Shown piece after piece: positions 24,128 through 33,180 of a DNA stretch of 64,000 nucleotides (position 1 is the first letter of the stretch; each line of letters begins with the position of its first letter). This stretch comes from a virus: IMG/VR virus record IMGVR_UViG_3300028833_000004. One strand, 5' to 3'. A model generated the notes under the pieces. It was not told where the DNA came from, did no database searches, and saw only the letters and a program-made list of their open reading frames with translations. The position numbers and the translations under genes were made by a program.

Positions 24128-24667
24128 TTATTTTATATTAATCATTCTTCCAATTCCAACCTAAACACCTACACCAAATTCAGGACCGTATCCAAAAGTT
24201 CCCTATTGAATATTTCCATGTACCCCGAATCCTCCATAAAATCCGAATGAGACAACCATGCCCCATTTCTTAGGCTATTGGATTATTGTTTGTATTTCTT
24301 TATTATATTTATAATTTAATTTAATAGAATCTATATCAGAAGCAAATCCATGATAGTAAACATCTAATTTTGTTTCTGAAGAATCGGACGTTATAGTATC
24401 AGAATATACTTTATAATCTATTGGTAAATCATATAGATATACCGTATCATTATTAGTAACATAAAAAGTATCTGTAGTATTTACATATTGAACTTTTGTA
24501 TGTTCTACTATCCTTTCTTCTACTAATGTTATTGTATCATGTTTCTCTACGTACTCTGTAGTAATCTATGGTTTCTAAGAACAATTACTCATTAAACAGA
24601 TACATAGAATAATATTTATAACTATAGAAGTTATAAGATAAGTGTGTTTTTTTAAAAAATTTATCAT
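24128..24667 (-). CDS. secreted/lipoprotein-like protein (179 aa), TAG-recoded
   Basis: ATG at 24667, TAA at 24128, 5 in-frame TAG. The N-terminus ITSIVINIILCICLMSNCS looks like a signal peptide with a Cys. Confidence 0.55.
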
Positions 24668-24674
24668 AGTAATT

Positions 24675-24710
24675 AAAAAAAACTACTCCGACTTTCCCAA
24701 GCAGGAGTAG
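24675..24710 (-). terminator. rho-independent terminator
   Basis: Stem CTACTCC/GGAGTAG at 24684-24690/24704-24710, followed by T8-9 on the minus strand. Confidence 0.6.
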
Positions 24711-24779
24711 CAAAAATAATTCTACAAAAATAATTCTAAAATTATGAAAACTTTTTCATTGTTATTTCTAAAACCAATG

Positions 24780-24811
24780 CAAAGATAATACTTTTTTCTG
24801 AAACTACCAAA
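24780..24811 (-). promoter_or_regulatory. canonical Bacteroidota sigma-AB-type promoter (TTTG-N20-TAtcTTTG)
   Basis: Reverse complement has TTTG at 24811-24808 and TATCTTTG at 24787-24780, with 20-nt spacing. Confidence 0.5.
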
Positions 24812-24910
24812 TTTTAAATCACAATTTTCAACTTTATAAAATCTGATAATTTCTCTTCAGTTTACTACCAAATAAATCAAAAGTTCTATTCTTCATGTTC
24901 ATTAATCAAA

Positions 24911-25651
24911 TTATTTTTCTGGGGTAAGAACCCCAGCTCCCAATGATACCGGAGGGACAGCCATAAAGTACTTCATATACTTCTTTAATGATTCAGGAGT
25001 AAATATTTCCTATAATTGGCGCATATTTAAGTTCCAAAGTTCTGGCGAATTTAAATATTTTTCCATAGGTACTCTCTTCTTTGCTGCATCTATTTCTGCC
25101 GTAAGAGCACGTTGTCTAATCTCCTAATCAGAAGCAACGTTTCTATAATGTTTTTCCGCCTCAACATCATTTAGGATTTCATCCAGAGCGTCTTCTCGTT
25201 CAATTGGGCGAATTTCATGATTATAATCCATGGCCTTTTTAACTTCAGGATTCTCCTTACCAATTTTCAAAAAATAAGTATCATATTCTGGAGAAGCCTC
25301 TCTAAATATTGAACCCTCGGGTTCATAATTCATTGTTCCGGCATGTCCAAACTCATGTACAGCAACCTCGTGTGCAGATTGTTTATTTGTGAAGAATCTT
25401 GGATCAAAAGTCATACGGGTTCCATGTGGAACTAGCTCTCCGTTTCTAAGATAGCCCACGGTAACAGCTACATTATCTCCCTCTAAATTTCCTAACATAA
25501 TCTGGGAGTTCTAGAGGTTTAATAACTATTCATCAGCTAGAGAACGAACCTATGATTCCGGAATGCCATTAGCCAGCTATCTCTTATACCAAACTCCTCC
25601 TGGAGATAGGGCTCGGTGATAGTCCTGGTATCCTGATGCGAGACCCTTCAT
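24911..25651 (-). CDS. HExxH zinc-metallopeptidase-like protein (246 aa), TAG-recoded
   Basis: ATG at 25651, TAA at 24911, 6 in-frame TAG. Contains AVHEFGHAGT. Includes track ORF 25124..25498. Confidence 0.6.
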
Positions 25652-25726
25652 AACATCTTCCTATGAAGCATCACCAGTTAAAACAGATTTTGCTGTGGTA
25701 AAATTATTCGTTGGGGTCGTGCCTTT

Positions 25727-26875
25727 TTACAAACTAAATGTCTTACCACTTTTATCAAATCTAAAGGGTCTCTATCCAAAATATGGGCCCCTTCTATATA
25801 AACTTCCAAAGGGAACTGTTTTTGTTAAGGATTGCCGTTCTAAAAATGGAGACACCTCACTATATAAAGCACCCACATCTATCGGATTTGGGTATAATTT
25901 AGAGGCTATTACATCGGCCCCAAACTCCATACCAGTTCTAGGACTCGTAAAATCAAAACTTCCATATTTATACCCCTAGACTGGGGCACGTCTAATAAAA
26001 TTAGGTCTATTACTGTCCAGAATCCCCTAGGAATCTTCAAACAAATGCCCATATTCATGAGCTGCGTCCCACATCTTAACTGTTGTTCCATTCTTAGAGT
26101 TTCCACCAAGTCCATGTATACTTGGGATAGCTCCCTCACCTCCGAAGTATTCTGGACCACCATTAACTTCTCTATTATAATATCTAACTCTCTTAGCAAA
26201 TGGGGAGAAATTATTTAGCATCACATTAGCCTCTTCAGGACTGTAATTATTTCTTATAGCCCGCTATAAATTTCTATTTATAGTGGCAAACCTCATAGTT
26301 TCTATCGGATGTGCTAATCTATTACCGACGGTCACCCATGAAGTAGTTGGGGCTAAATATTGATAACCACCTAAAGCAGTTAAACCTCCAACGAGTGCCG
26401 TTTTACCATACTCCTTCAAAGCCTAATCAGATCTCCATCCATATTTCTTACCGGTGTCATAGGCATTTTTTGCATTAATACCAGTATAAATAGTACCTTC
26501 CGCCGTAAGTAATGGAAGTGTGATTTCCGGAGCAGCTATAAGTCCTAAAGTGCCAACTCCAAATTTAACTGGAAAACTTACAACTTCCTCAATAGGTTTA
26601 CTTTGTTCTATTAATTTATGTTCATTATATATTTTTACATTTTTATTAGTATCCTATTGTTTCTTTTGCTTCTATTCCGTAGTTAATTTTTCCCCCTAAG
26701 ATATGACTTGCTATGGTGTAGAGTTCTACTCCAACCACAAGAGATAATCCTAATATGTTGGTGTCTTATGAGCATTTTTTGAAGCTTCTAGAAATTCATC
26801 GGGAAATGTAAACTTTATTGGCTGAATAGGTTCTAGAAAAGAAACCATAGTTGCATCGTTTGAAAATGTTGGCAT
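25727..26875 (-). CDS. HExxH zinc-metallopeptidase-like protein (382 aa), TAG-recoded
   Basis: ATG at 26875, TAA at 25727, 11 in-frame TAG. Contains AAHEYGHLF. Includes track ORF 26027..26224. Confidence 0.6.
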
Positions 26876-26933
26876 AATTTCATTTATTTAATTTTCCACA
26901 CTTTTCTATAAAAGTTTAATTATATATTTTTAG

Positions 26934-27004
26934 CAGGTCTACTTCGAATCGAACAAAGGATCTCAGTTTTGGAGACTGATGTTTTACCACTAAACTATAG
27001 ACCT
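26934..27004 (-). tRNA. tRNA-Trp (CCA)
   Basis: Full cloverleaf. Acceptor AGGTCTA/TAGACCT. D-stem GTTT/AAAC. Anticodon loop CT-CCA-AA. T-loop TTCGATT. Confidence 0.85.
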
Positions 27005-27027
27005 ATCAGTAGAGTATAAGAGTTTGG

Positions 27028-27098
27028 ACACCATAGTAAGAATCGAACTTACGATAACAGTTTTGCAGACTGTTGCCTTTCCACTTGGCTATATGGTG
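27028..27098 (-). tRNA. tRNA-Cys (GCA)
   Basis: Acceptor CACCATA/TATGGTG. Anticodon stem ACAGT/ACTGT with loop CT-GCA-AA. T-arm GTAAG-TTCGATT-CTTAC. Confidence 0.8.
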
Positions 27099-27255
27099 TT
27101 GAAACAGCGTTTTAAGGATTTACGGTACGCTGTTAAGAGAAACCTCTGCCACATGGGCAGGGTGTTATAATGGAACCTCTCTCACCGATCCCACCAAGGC
27201 TCATGCACTACCTGTGGGCTGATACTCTTCTATTGCATTATTCAAGTATCCAGTG
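27099..27255 (-). ncRNA. structured spacer inside the tRNA cluster (possible small RNA)
   Basis: GC-richer 157 nt with an 8-bp hairpin AACAGCGT/ACGCTGTT, a CTGCC/GGCAG hairpin and an enclosing AGAGA/TCTCT helix. No tRNA fold found. Confidence 0.3.
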
Positions 27256-27329
27256 CGGATTCAGTAGGACTTGAACCTACGACCCTCTGATTAACAGTCA
27301 GATGCTCTAACCAACTGAGCTATGAATCC
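27256..27329 (-). tRNA. tRNA-Asn (GTT)
   Basis: Acceptor GGATTCA/TGAATCC. D-stem GCTC/GAGC. Anticodon loop CT-GTT-AA. T-arm GTAGG-TTCAAGT-CCTAC. Confidence 0.85.
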
Positions 27330-27347
27330 AAATCCCAGAATCTGGGA

Positions 27348-29057
27348 TTATTTATTATTTAATTCACCTCCTGATTTAAATGTAATGGTTGGGCCAAGCT
27401 AGAGTTCATCCATAGTTGCCCCGGCTGTAGTTATTCCAGTTTGATTAGGACCTGGATAAGAATACTAATCAGATATAAAGGGCTAATTTAACACACTTCT
27501 AGCAGAGCCTTGTCCATAAGGATAATATCCTGGAGCGTACTTTCCTCCAACAATATTTTTTACATTACCATCACCTAACGTAAGTTTAATTTTTCCCCAG
27601 GGTCCTGTGGCGACACCTCCAGGATTTTTATGATATTCTTCTTTAAACCACGACTGAAATTCTGGAGACCCCCAATTTTTAACAGTCTACCAAGTTGATA
27701 ATTTGGGAATTGTAACTATAGTAGATGTTGATGGGATAGTTGAAGTAGTCGGATTATCATACCTAGGAAAATATGTTGGATAGAAAAACTTATTTGGAAG
27801 ATTAAAACTATAAGAATATACTCCATAATCAACCGGACTTGGGGTCATTTCTACAGCAAAAGTCTACTACCCCCTACCATCTACAGCAAAAGTCTACTAC
27901 CCCCTACCATGAGGTTGCGCATCTCCATGTCCAAATTTATATCTTGAGGTATTATTCCATCTAAATAAGCCACTGCTTGGTTTTCCAGTATTAAATCCTG
28001 GAGTAGAAGTACCTTTTACTACCTGAGGATTTGCCAACACAACTCTCTAGGTGTCTCCAAATTCTCCAGCAAGACCTTCTAAAGCATTTCCCCCAACCTA
28101 TAAAGTTACATCCGGAGTACTTACATTTTTTAAATGCACTGATCCATCTTTATAACGAACCCACTAATATTGATCCGATATGGGAGTATACGAAAGTTCT
28201 GCAGTTGGAAAGACTTTTGCAGCACCAAAACCAACTCCAAGAGCTGCAGGATGTACAACATTCCAAAAATGGGAATCATTTTCAGCTGGATCTATAAAAA
28301 GATCACTTATAGGTCTTCCAACCTTCTTTTCCATAACATCGGAAAATCCAGAATACTTTCCATCAGACGCTTGTCGTATTGTATAATCTGTTGCAGATGC
28401 AGCTCCAGCACCAGCTATGGCTGCCAATGGATTTGTAAAACCAATTATTGCTGGGGCAATAATAGAGGCAGCTTTATCGGTACTCTATCTTATTCCTCTA
28501 TTAAAAAGCGCTGATTGCACCTACTCTGGTATATATTTAGAAGTCTCTTTATTCCACCAATTTGGATGAGCTTCAATGATTTTAACCCAATCAGGTATAG
28601 GTAAGATCTATCTATACTTTGTATAATTTGGGTTGAATAGAACAGATGGATCATTAGCCGCTTCATTTCTCCAAGCAGTTAATCCCTCAGAACTGGCTTT
28701 TTTATCAGCTTTTCCTGTAACTGTAACTTCTGGAAGCTATCCTGCATATGCGTATGCAGTATTAGAAGTTGTTAAATCTGCATCCTTCACCTACTTTGGT
28801 GTAATGCGAGTAGTATTTCCTTTTGTTTCTACTACATCCTCAAATTGAAATTGATTTCTATATTTAGGGTTAATTACTATTTCTTTATTTCTTTTATCTC
28901 CACCACCCATAGTCTATAATGCCTTAGCTAATCTAATATTAGCTTCAGCCTAACCAACTTCAGAAGGATTAATTCCTAATTCCGGATGATCCTAAACAAA
29001 CTATTTTCGAGATTCTATACTCGATAAATTATACTTCTAAAAAATCTAATACGGTAA
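27348..29057 (-). CDS. large virion-associated hypothetical protein (about 570 aa), TAG-recoded; start uncertain
   Basis: The frame is open from 29135 to TAA at 27348 with about 20 TAG. Includes track ORF 28164..28427. The nearest ATG (29059) is out of frame by one base in an A5/T5 run. Confidence 0.6.
27851..27910 (-). repeat. perfect 30-bp tandem duplication inside CDS
   Basis: ctacagcaaaagtctactaccccctaccat occurs twice, encoding GRGQQTFAV(D/E) twice. Each copy contains two TAG codons. Confidence 0.9.
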
Positions 29058-29083
29058 CATTAGTATATAATATATTTACAATT

Positions 29084-29860
29084 ATTAATTTCTTTCTACA
29101 TCTTTAACTACCTAACCTCCCAATTTATAAGGGTATCAATATCATCCTTTATATAATCTACAGTATATTTTCCCCTAACTTTTAAATCAGCTATATGCCA
29201 GATTTCTAAGGAATCAATAATAAAATCAGGATTAAGCTTTTGTAATATCCAAGCATATATAGAAACCTATATTTGATATCTTGTGAGATCTGAATCCATA
29301 TATTTAGACATAGGATATCTTAAGGTTTTCTTCTTATGTTTAGACATGTCATATTGAGAATTCTTTTTAATTTTATCACCGGTTTTAAAGTCTATAATAG
29401 TAATATGATTCCCATCTCTAATAAGACAATCAATCACCCCAACCAATAATATATTTTCATCTAAAGGATATTCAACTCTTAATTCATTAAATACTCCCTT
29501 TTCAGTCTTCATAAAATTCTCCTATGCAGATATGGAGTATACTGAAGTGTCTATGCCTAATGTTGATATAGCATTAGAATTGAATAGATTTCGGATCTAT
29601 TCATGAACTTCAGTACCTTGCTTTTTAGCATCATCAGATTTATTCTTCCAATCTTCTTCAATCTCTTTATAAGTGTTTATATAATCGATTGGATCTAAAT
29701 CCTTTATATATTTCTCATCAATTCTCTTACTTTTTAAGAGTGATAATTTAATTTCTTCAAAATCTGGATGTAGTTTTTCAAGAGTCTTGTAATACAACCA
29801 AAACTCCTTTTCAAAGATCCTCAATTCCGATAATATTCTTGTAGGCGATAGTATTTCCAT
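29084..29860 (-). CDS. PD-(D/E)XK nuclease (RecB/Cas4/lambda-exo-like), TAG-recoded
   Basis: ATG at 29860, TAA at 29084, 4 in-frame TAG. Motifs GTEVHE, GVIDCL, IIDFKTG and RYQIQVSIY (QxxxY). Confidence 0.65.
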
Positions 29861-30135
29861 AACGTGCAAAGTTAATTATTATTCAAATAATATAAAATAT
29901 GGATCGATATTTTTTATAAAAATAAAATTAATAAGAATTCTTTATTATATTATACATAATATATAATATATAAGGTATTGATTTGAATTTTATTATGGAC
30001 TCAGTTAAATATTACTAATAATATCCCAGCTCTGTTTTTACTTTGCTAAATAAGTAGTACTTTTGTGCATTATAGGTAATGAATAGAAGTTTTACTTAAA
30101 GTCCTTCGAGCTTGTCGAAAAATATCCTATAATAG

Positions 30136-30165
30136 AAAACCCGGTTTATGCCGGGTTTTTCTTTT
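30136..30165. terminator. bidirectional terminator hairpin
   Basis: 9-bp stem AAAACCCGG/CCGGGTTTT at 30136-30144/30151-30159, with A/T runs on both sides. Abuts the stop at 30165. Confidence 0.65.
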
Positions 30166-30929
30166 TATACTTTATTACGACGATGCACGTGGAAGTGCGG
30201 ACCAGTAGTAATTCCAGGAATGGGATTATCTTTCTCATTTTTAATATAAATGCCCTTATCTCTCATATATTGTTGTATCTCTGGATCATTATCAATAATC
30301 TATTGAGCGAGTTCATAATCATTATCGATAGGGGTAAAATCAACGGCATTACCTTGATAGTGTGTTGAATTTTTTACATGCCCAGACTAAGCAAATCCCT
30401 CAGTAACTCTAACTCCAATCCCCTTACTAGTTAATAACTTTAAGAAATCGATAACATCATTGTGTACATTATCTAATGTTATTCCTTTTTTAAATATTAA
30501 CTCCCCTGGTTCTATATCCCTGGATTTAATATTTGTAGTCCTAATATAATCTCTTAATTTTAAATCAGGATTAAATTTAGACTTATTATCAAGATTTTTA
30601 TCAAGATTGGCTGAAATCTCTTTATATCTTTCAAAAGCTTGAAATCTCTAATTGAACCGATCTGGAAAGAGATCAGAGTAATCCTTGTATTCTGGCTGAG
30701 ATGTATTTGGCAAATATGTAGAGTTATAAAACTCTAAACCTTCTGCTCCTTTTTTAACCCATTTACGTGCGTTCTAAGCAAATGTAGCCTTCTTTCTTAT
30801 AGAGGCTAGTGGAGAATTTTTTCCCTTTCTAATACATTCTTCTGTAACTTTCCCACCACAGTAATCTGTGAAGGAACCTCGTTTTGAGGGTTTTATATGA
30901 ATCCCACCTTGTTTAAATATATTGATCAT
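30165..30929 (-). CDS. LAS-family zinc peptidase (peptidase M15-like cell-wall hydrolase), TAG-recoded
   Basis: ATG at 30929, TAA at 30165, 4 in-frame TAG. Contains STHYQGNAVDF (H-x6-D) and PHFHV (HxH). Confidence 0.65.
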
Positions 30930-30999
30930 AACTAAAAATTTTTTACAAAATTAAAAATTTTTTTAAAAAAATAAAAGTCAAAAATAGGCCCCCCGGGGT

Positions 31000-31600
31000 T
31001 TTTAAATGAGGGGGTGTTTAGGTGCAGAAGTTGGGTGTAGATTGGAAGTTTTTGTGAGTTGTGGGAGCGGGAGGACACCTAGGCAGCATGGCCCCCCGCA
31101 AAGCGTATGGGAAAACAATACCCAGCAGGCCTCAGGCCCTGCCGGGTATAATTTTCCCATAGACACAATTTCGCGGAGGAGCGTGATCGCCTTTCCTGGA
31201 AATGGCTGTGTTGCACCAATAGCAGCATGGCTCCGCGGCCTCACGAAATTGTGTCGACATCCCGACAGGTGACCTGGCGTGCTAACCGACTGGGATGTAA
31301 AACAGCACTGCATCTTCGGATGTACCAGGACGGGGCGGTTGGAGACAACCAGACGAAACCGTGACGGAAGTAGTCTAGTAGAATCATGCAATCGGAGATG
31401 GTATCAAAGATTAAGCACTAATTCACAATAGATGTGGAAAGTCTGAATCCCTCTTTAAAGTGTAAGGAGATGACCGTTGATAAAATGCTTTCAACAAGGT
31501 AAGACAAGTACTGCTATAATGAATTCAAACGGGCAATCTTAACTGCCCCAAAGCTCTCTGAGTTCTGGAATCTTAGTAGGAGAGTTATAATTAATAAAGA
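31000..31600 (+). ncRNA. large structured non-coding RNA candidate
   Basis: Nested helices 31106-31115/31152-31161 and 31162-31178/31231-31255. UUCG hairpin at 31310-31323. GAGA-loop hairpin at 31337-31350. Only overlapping low-quality ORFs on both strands. Confidence 0.4.
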
Positions 31601-31608
31601 TACTTGGT

Positions 31609-32019
31609 ATGAAGACATATCAAGAAAATGTTAAAGCATTAATTAGTAAACTTAATGCCTCATTTGGCTTTAAGTTTTACTTAGAAGAGATGGCCAATTT
31701 TGGCCGTCCCTTCACAATTCTCCGTGAGGGGACTGGATACTGTTTAGATATACAGTATTCAGAATCTGGGTTTGGAACAACCGACCTGGGCCTTTTTGGG
31801 CCCTCGCCAAAGGTTCCAAAACCAACAGACCAATTGCCGGCCATTGCGATAGTGACCGAAACGTGGGACGATTGGTACCCACAAATTAAAGACACCAATG
31901 TGGAATTCTGTCAAAGAATTCCAATACCGTTTCCGCAATCCCACACCAAAGAGGTGTGGCATACGTGCGGCTGTGCGCATACAATACACACCCACACCAG
32001 GGTAATTGTGGAGTGCTAG
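31609..32019 (+). CDS. hypothetical protein (136 aa; C-terminal third doubtful)
   Basis: Track ORF. The N-terminal 100 aa look protein-like. Ends at TAG, then TAA two codons later. Confidence 0.45.
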   Translation: MKTYQENVKALISKLNASFGFKFYLEEMANFGRPFTILREGTGYCLDIQYSESGFGTTDLGLFGPSPKVPKPTDQLPAIAIVTETWDDWYPQIKDTNVEFCQRIPIPFPQSHTKEVWHTCGCAHTIHTHTRVIVEC

Positions 32020-32063
32020 CCCTAAGGCCCATCTATGGAGCAGGACACAGTTCGATTCTGTGT

Positions 32064-32351
32064 ATGGGCCCTATGCCTATGAAACAAGATGGAGTCCCTG
32101 CTGGATGCATGCGATTTAACGTCGCCTTGTATCAAGCAAGACTCGAATCCTTGGAGAGTTTCTTAGGCTCTAATCCGTATGCCGGGGAATACGAACTGGC
32201 CTTATGCTGGGGAGTATCTCTGTCCGCGGCAATAGCCACCATGCATAAAATAATGGTTGGGATTAGAGCCGGGATACTTCAATCAAAATTCCCAATAAAT
32301 GGGAAGAAGATTGGAGTAAAAGGAAACTATTATGTCGTATATAAGGCATAA
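32064..32351 (+). CDS. small hypothetical protein, possible HTH (about 95 aa)
   Basis: In-frame ATGs at 32064 and 32079 within track ORF 31956..32351. LESLES motif shared with ORF 32471. Confidence 0.45.
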   Translation: MGPMPMKQDGVPAGCMRFNVALYQARLESLESFLGSNPYAGEYELALCWGVSLSAAIATMHKIMVGIRAGILQSKFPINGKKIGVKGNYYVVYKA

Positions 32352-32407
32352 CTCCTGCAGAGGGATGCGTATTCTGCATTACTCATAACGCATAACGATA
32401 GATCTTA

Positions 32408-32453
32408 GCTATTACAAAACACCTCCTTGTAATAGCCGGACAAGTATAGGAGG
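32408..32453 (+). promoter_or_regulatory. leader hairpin whose loop (CCTCC) is complementary to the downstream AGGAGG
   Basis: Perfect 10-bp stem 32408-32417/32427-32436. Loop aacaCCTCC. AGGAGG at 32448-32453, 17 nt before ATG 32471. Confidence 0.35.
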
Positions 32454-32470
32454 TATAAATTCGACAGACT

Positions 32471-32731
32471 ATGAATATGTATGTCGACATGGCTGTAGAG
32501 CCTCACGGCCCTACGTCTGAGAATGACATCGGGATTGCCATTCTACAGGCGTTAGAATCAAGATTGGAGAGTCCTAATGCTTTCTAGGCATCTCCAATCA
32601 AGTACTGTCTGTACGCAAATTCTGATGAGGACATAGCCTATTTGAGATCTTGGATTTGTAGTAATCTTAGATCTACAAATGGCAAATCTGTCCTATCAGA
32701 ATTTGACTACGGTCAGTAGTAGGGCTCCTGA
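32471..32731 (+). CDS. small hypothetical protein (86 aa if 3 TAG are read; 38 aa in the standard code)
   Basis: ATG at 32471. TAG at 32585, 32717 and 32720. TGA at 32729. ALESRLES motif paralogous to ORF 32064. Confidence 0.35.
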
Positions 32732-33180
32732 GTAAGACTCCGAGTGTAATGAGCTCGGGAACAGAAATCATCCCTGTATTGATATTGGTTTATCATACAG
32801 GCCTAAAGTTGGCCGTACATGGACACCACTATGTGTAGGGCCTAAATTAAAGAGCATCATCTCTCTAAACTGTCTAGCGGCTTGACCACATCCTTTCGGT
32901 ACTGGCGGTGAAAATCCAAACCGGGCTAGCAAGCAGCTCATCTTGTAAAACCGAGCCACCTAAGCATTCATATATGTGAGCTTTCGGCAGCAGCATGTAT
33001 GAAAGACGGGCATCCTCAATATGATGTAAAACTATTGACATCAGATAAGATGTAAAAATCCCCACTACCGGGGTGACATGGTACTCGGATTGTTAATTGT
33101 CTGGCCGAGCGGACTAGAGCAGTTCTTGACCCACGGGCTGTCGACGATCCACATTTTATGTGGATATTTTGGGTATTCAT

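Noticed and set aside
28031-28848. Plus-strand ORFs (28031..28297, 28170..28514, 28180..28386, 28633..28848) opposite the recoded late gene.
   Set aside because: They are antisense to a continuous 570-codon minus-strand frame, have no starts in good context and show odd composition.
31002-31391. Overlapping ORFs 31002..31391 (minus) and 31006..31272 (plus) at the start of the GC-rich island.
   Set aside because: They are mutually overlapping, Arg/Pro/Cys-rich and not protein-like. The region is better explained by the strong RNA-type helices seen there.
31430-31460. GGAAAGTCTGAATCC resembling the RNase P RNA P4 motif GGAAAGUCCGGGC. ACAGAA and GGTGAAAA strings occur further downstream.
   Set aside because: These are isolated partial matches, and the other universally conserved RNase P regions were not found in order.
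32615-32650. CTGATGA hammerhead-ribozyme core (also at about 34748).
   Set aside because: No helix II followed by GAAA and no cleavage-site helix can be drawn.
33090-33160. GGCCGAGCGG, a D-arm-like string typical of tRNA-Ser/Leu, upstream of ORF 33181.
   Set aside because: No anticodon stem, T-arm or acceptor pairing could be built around it.
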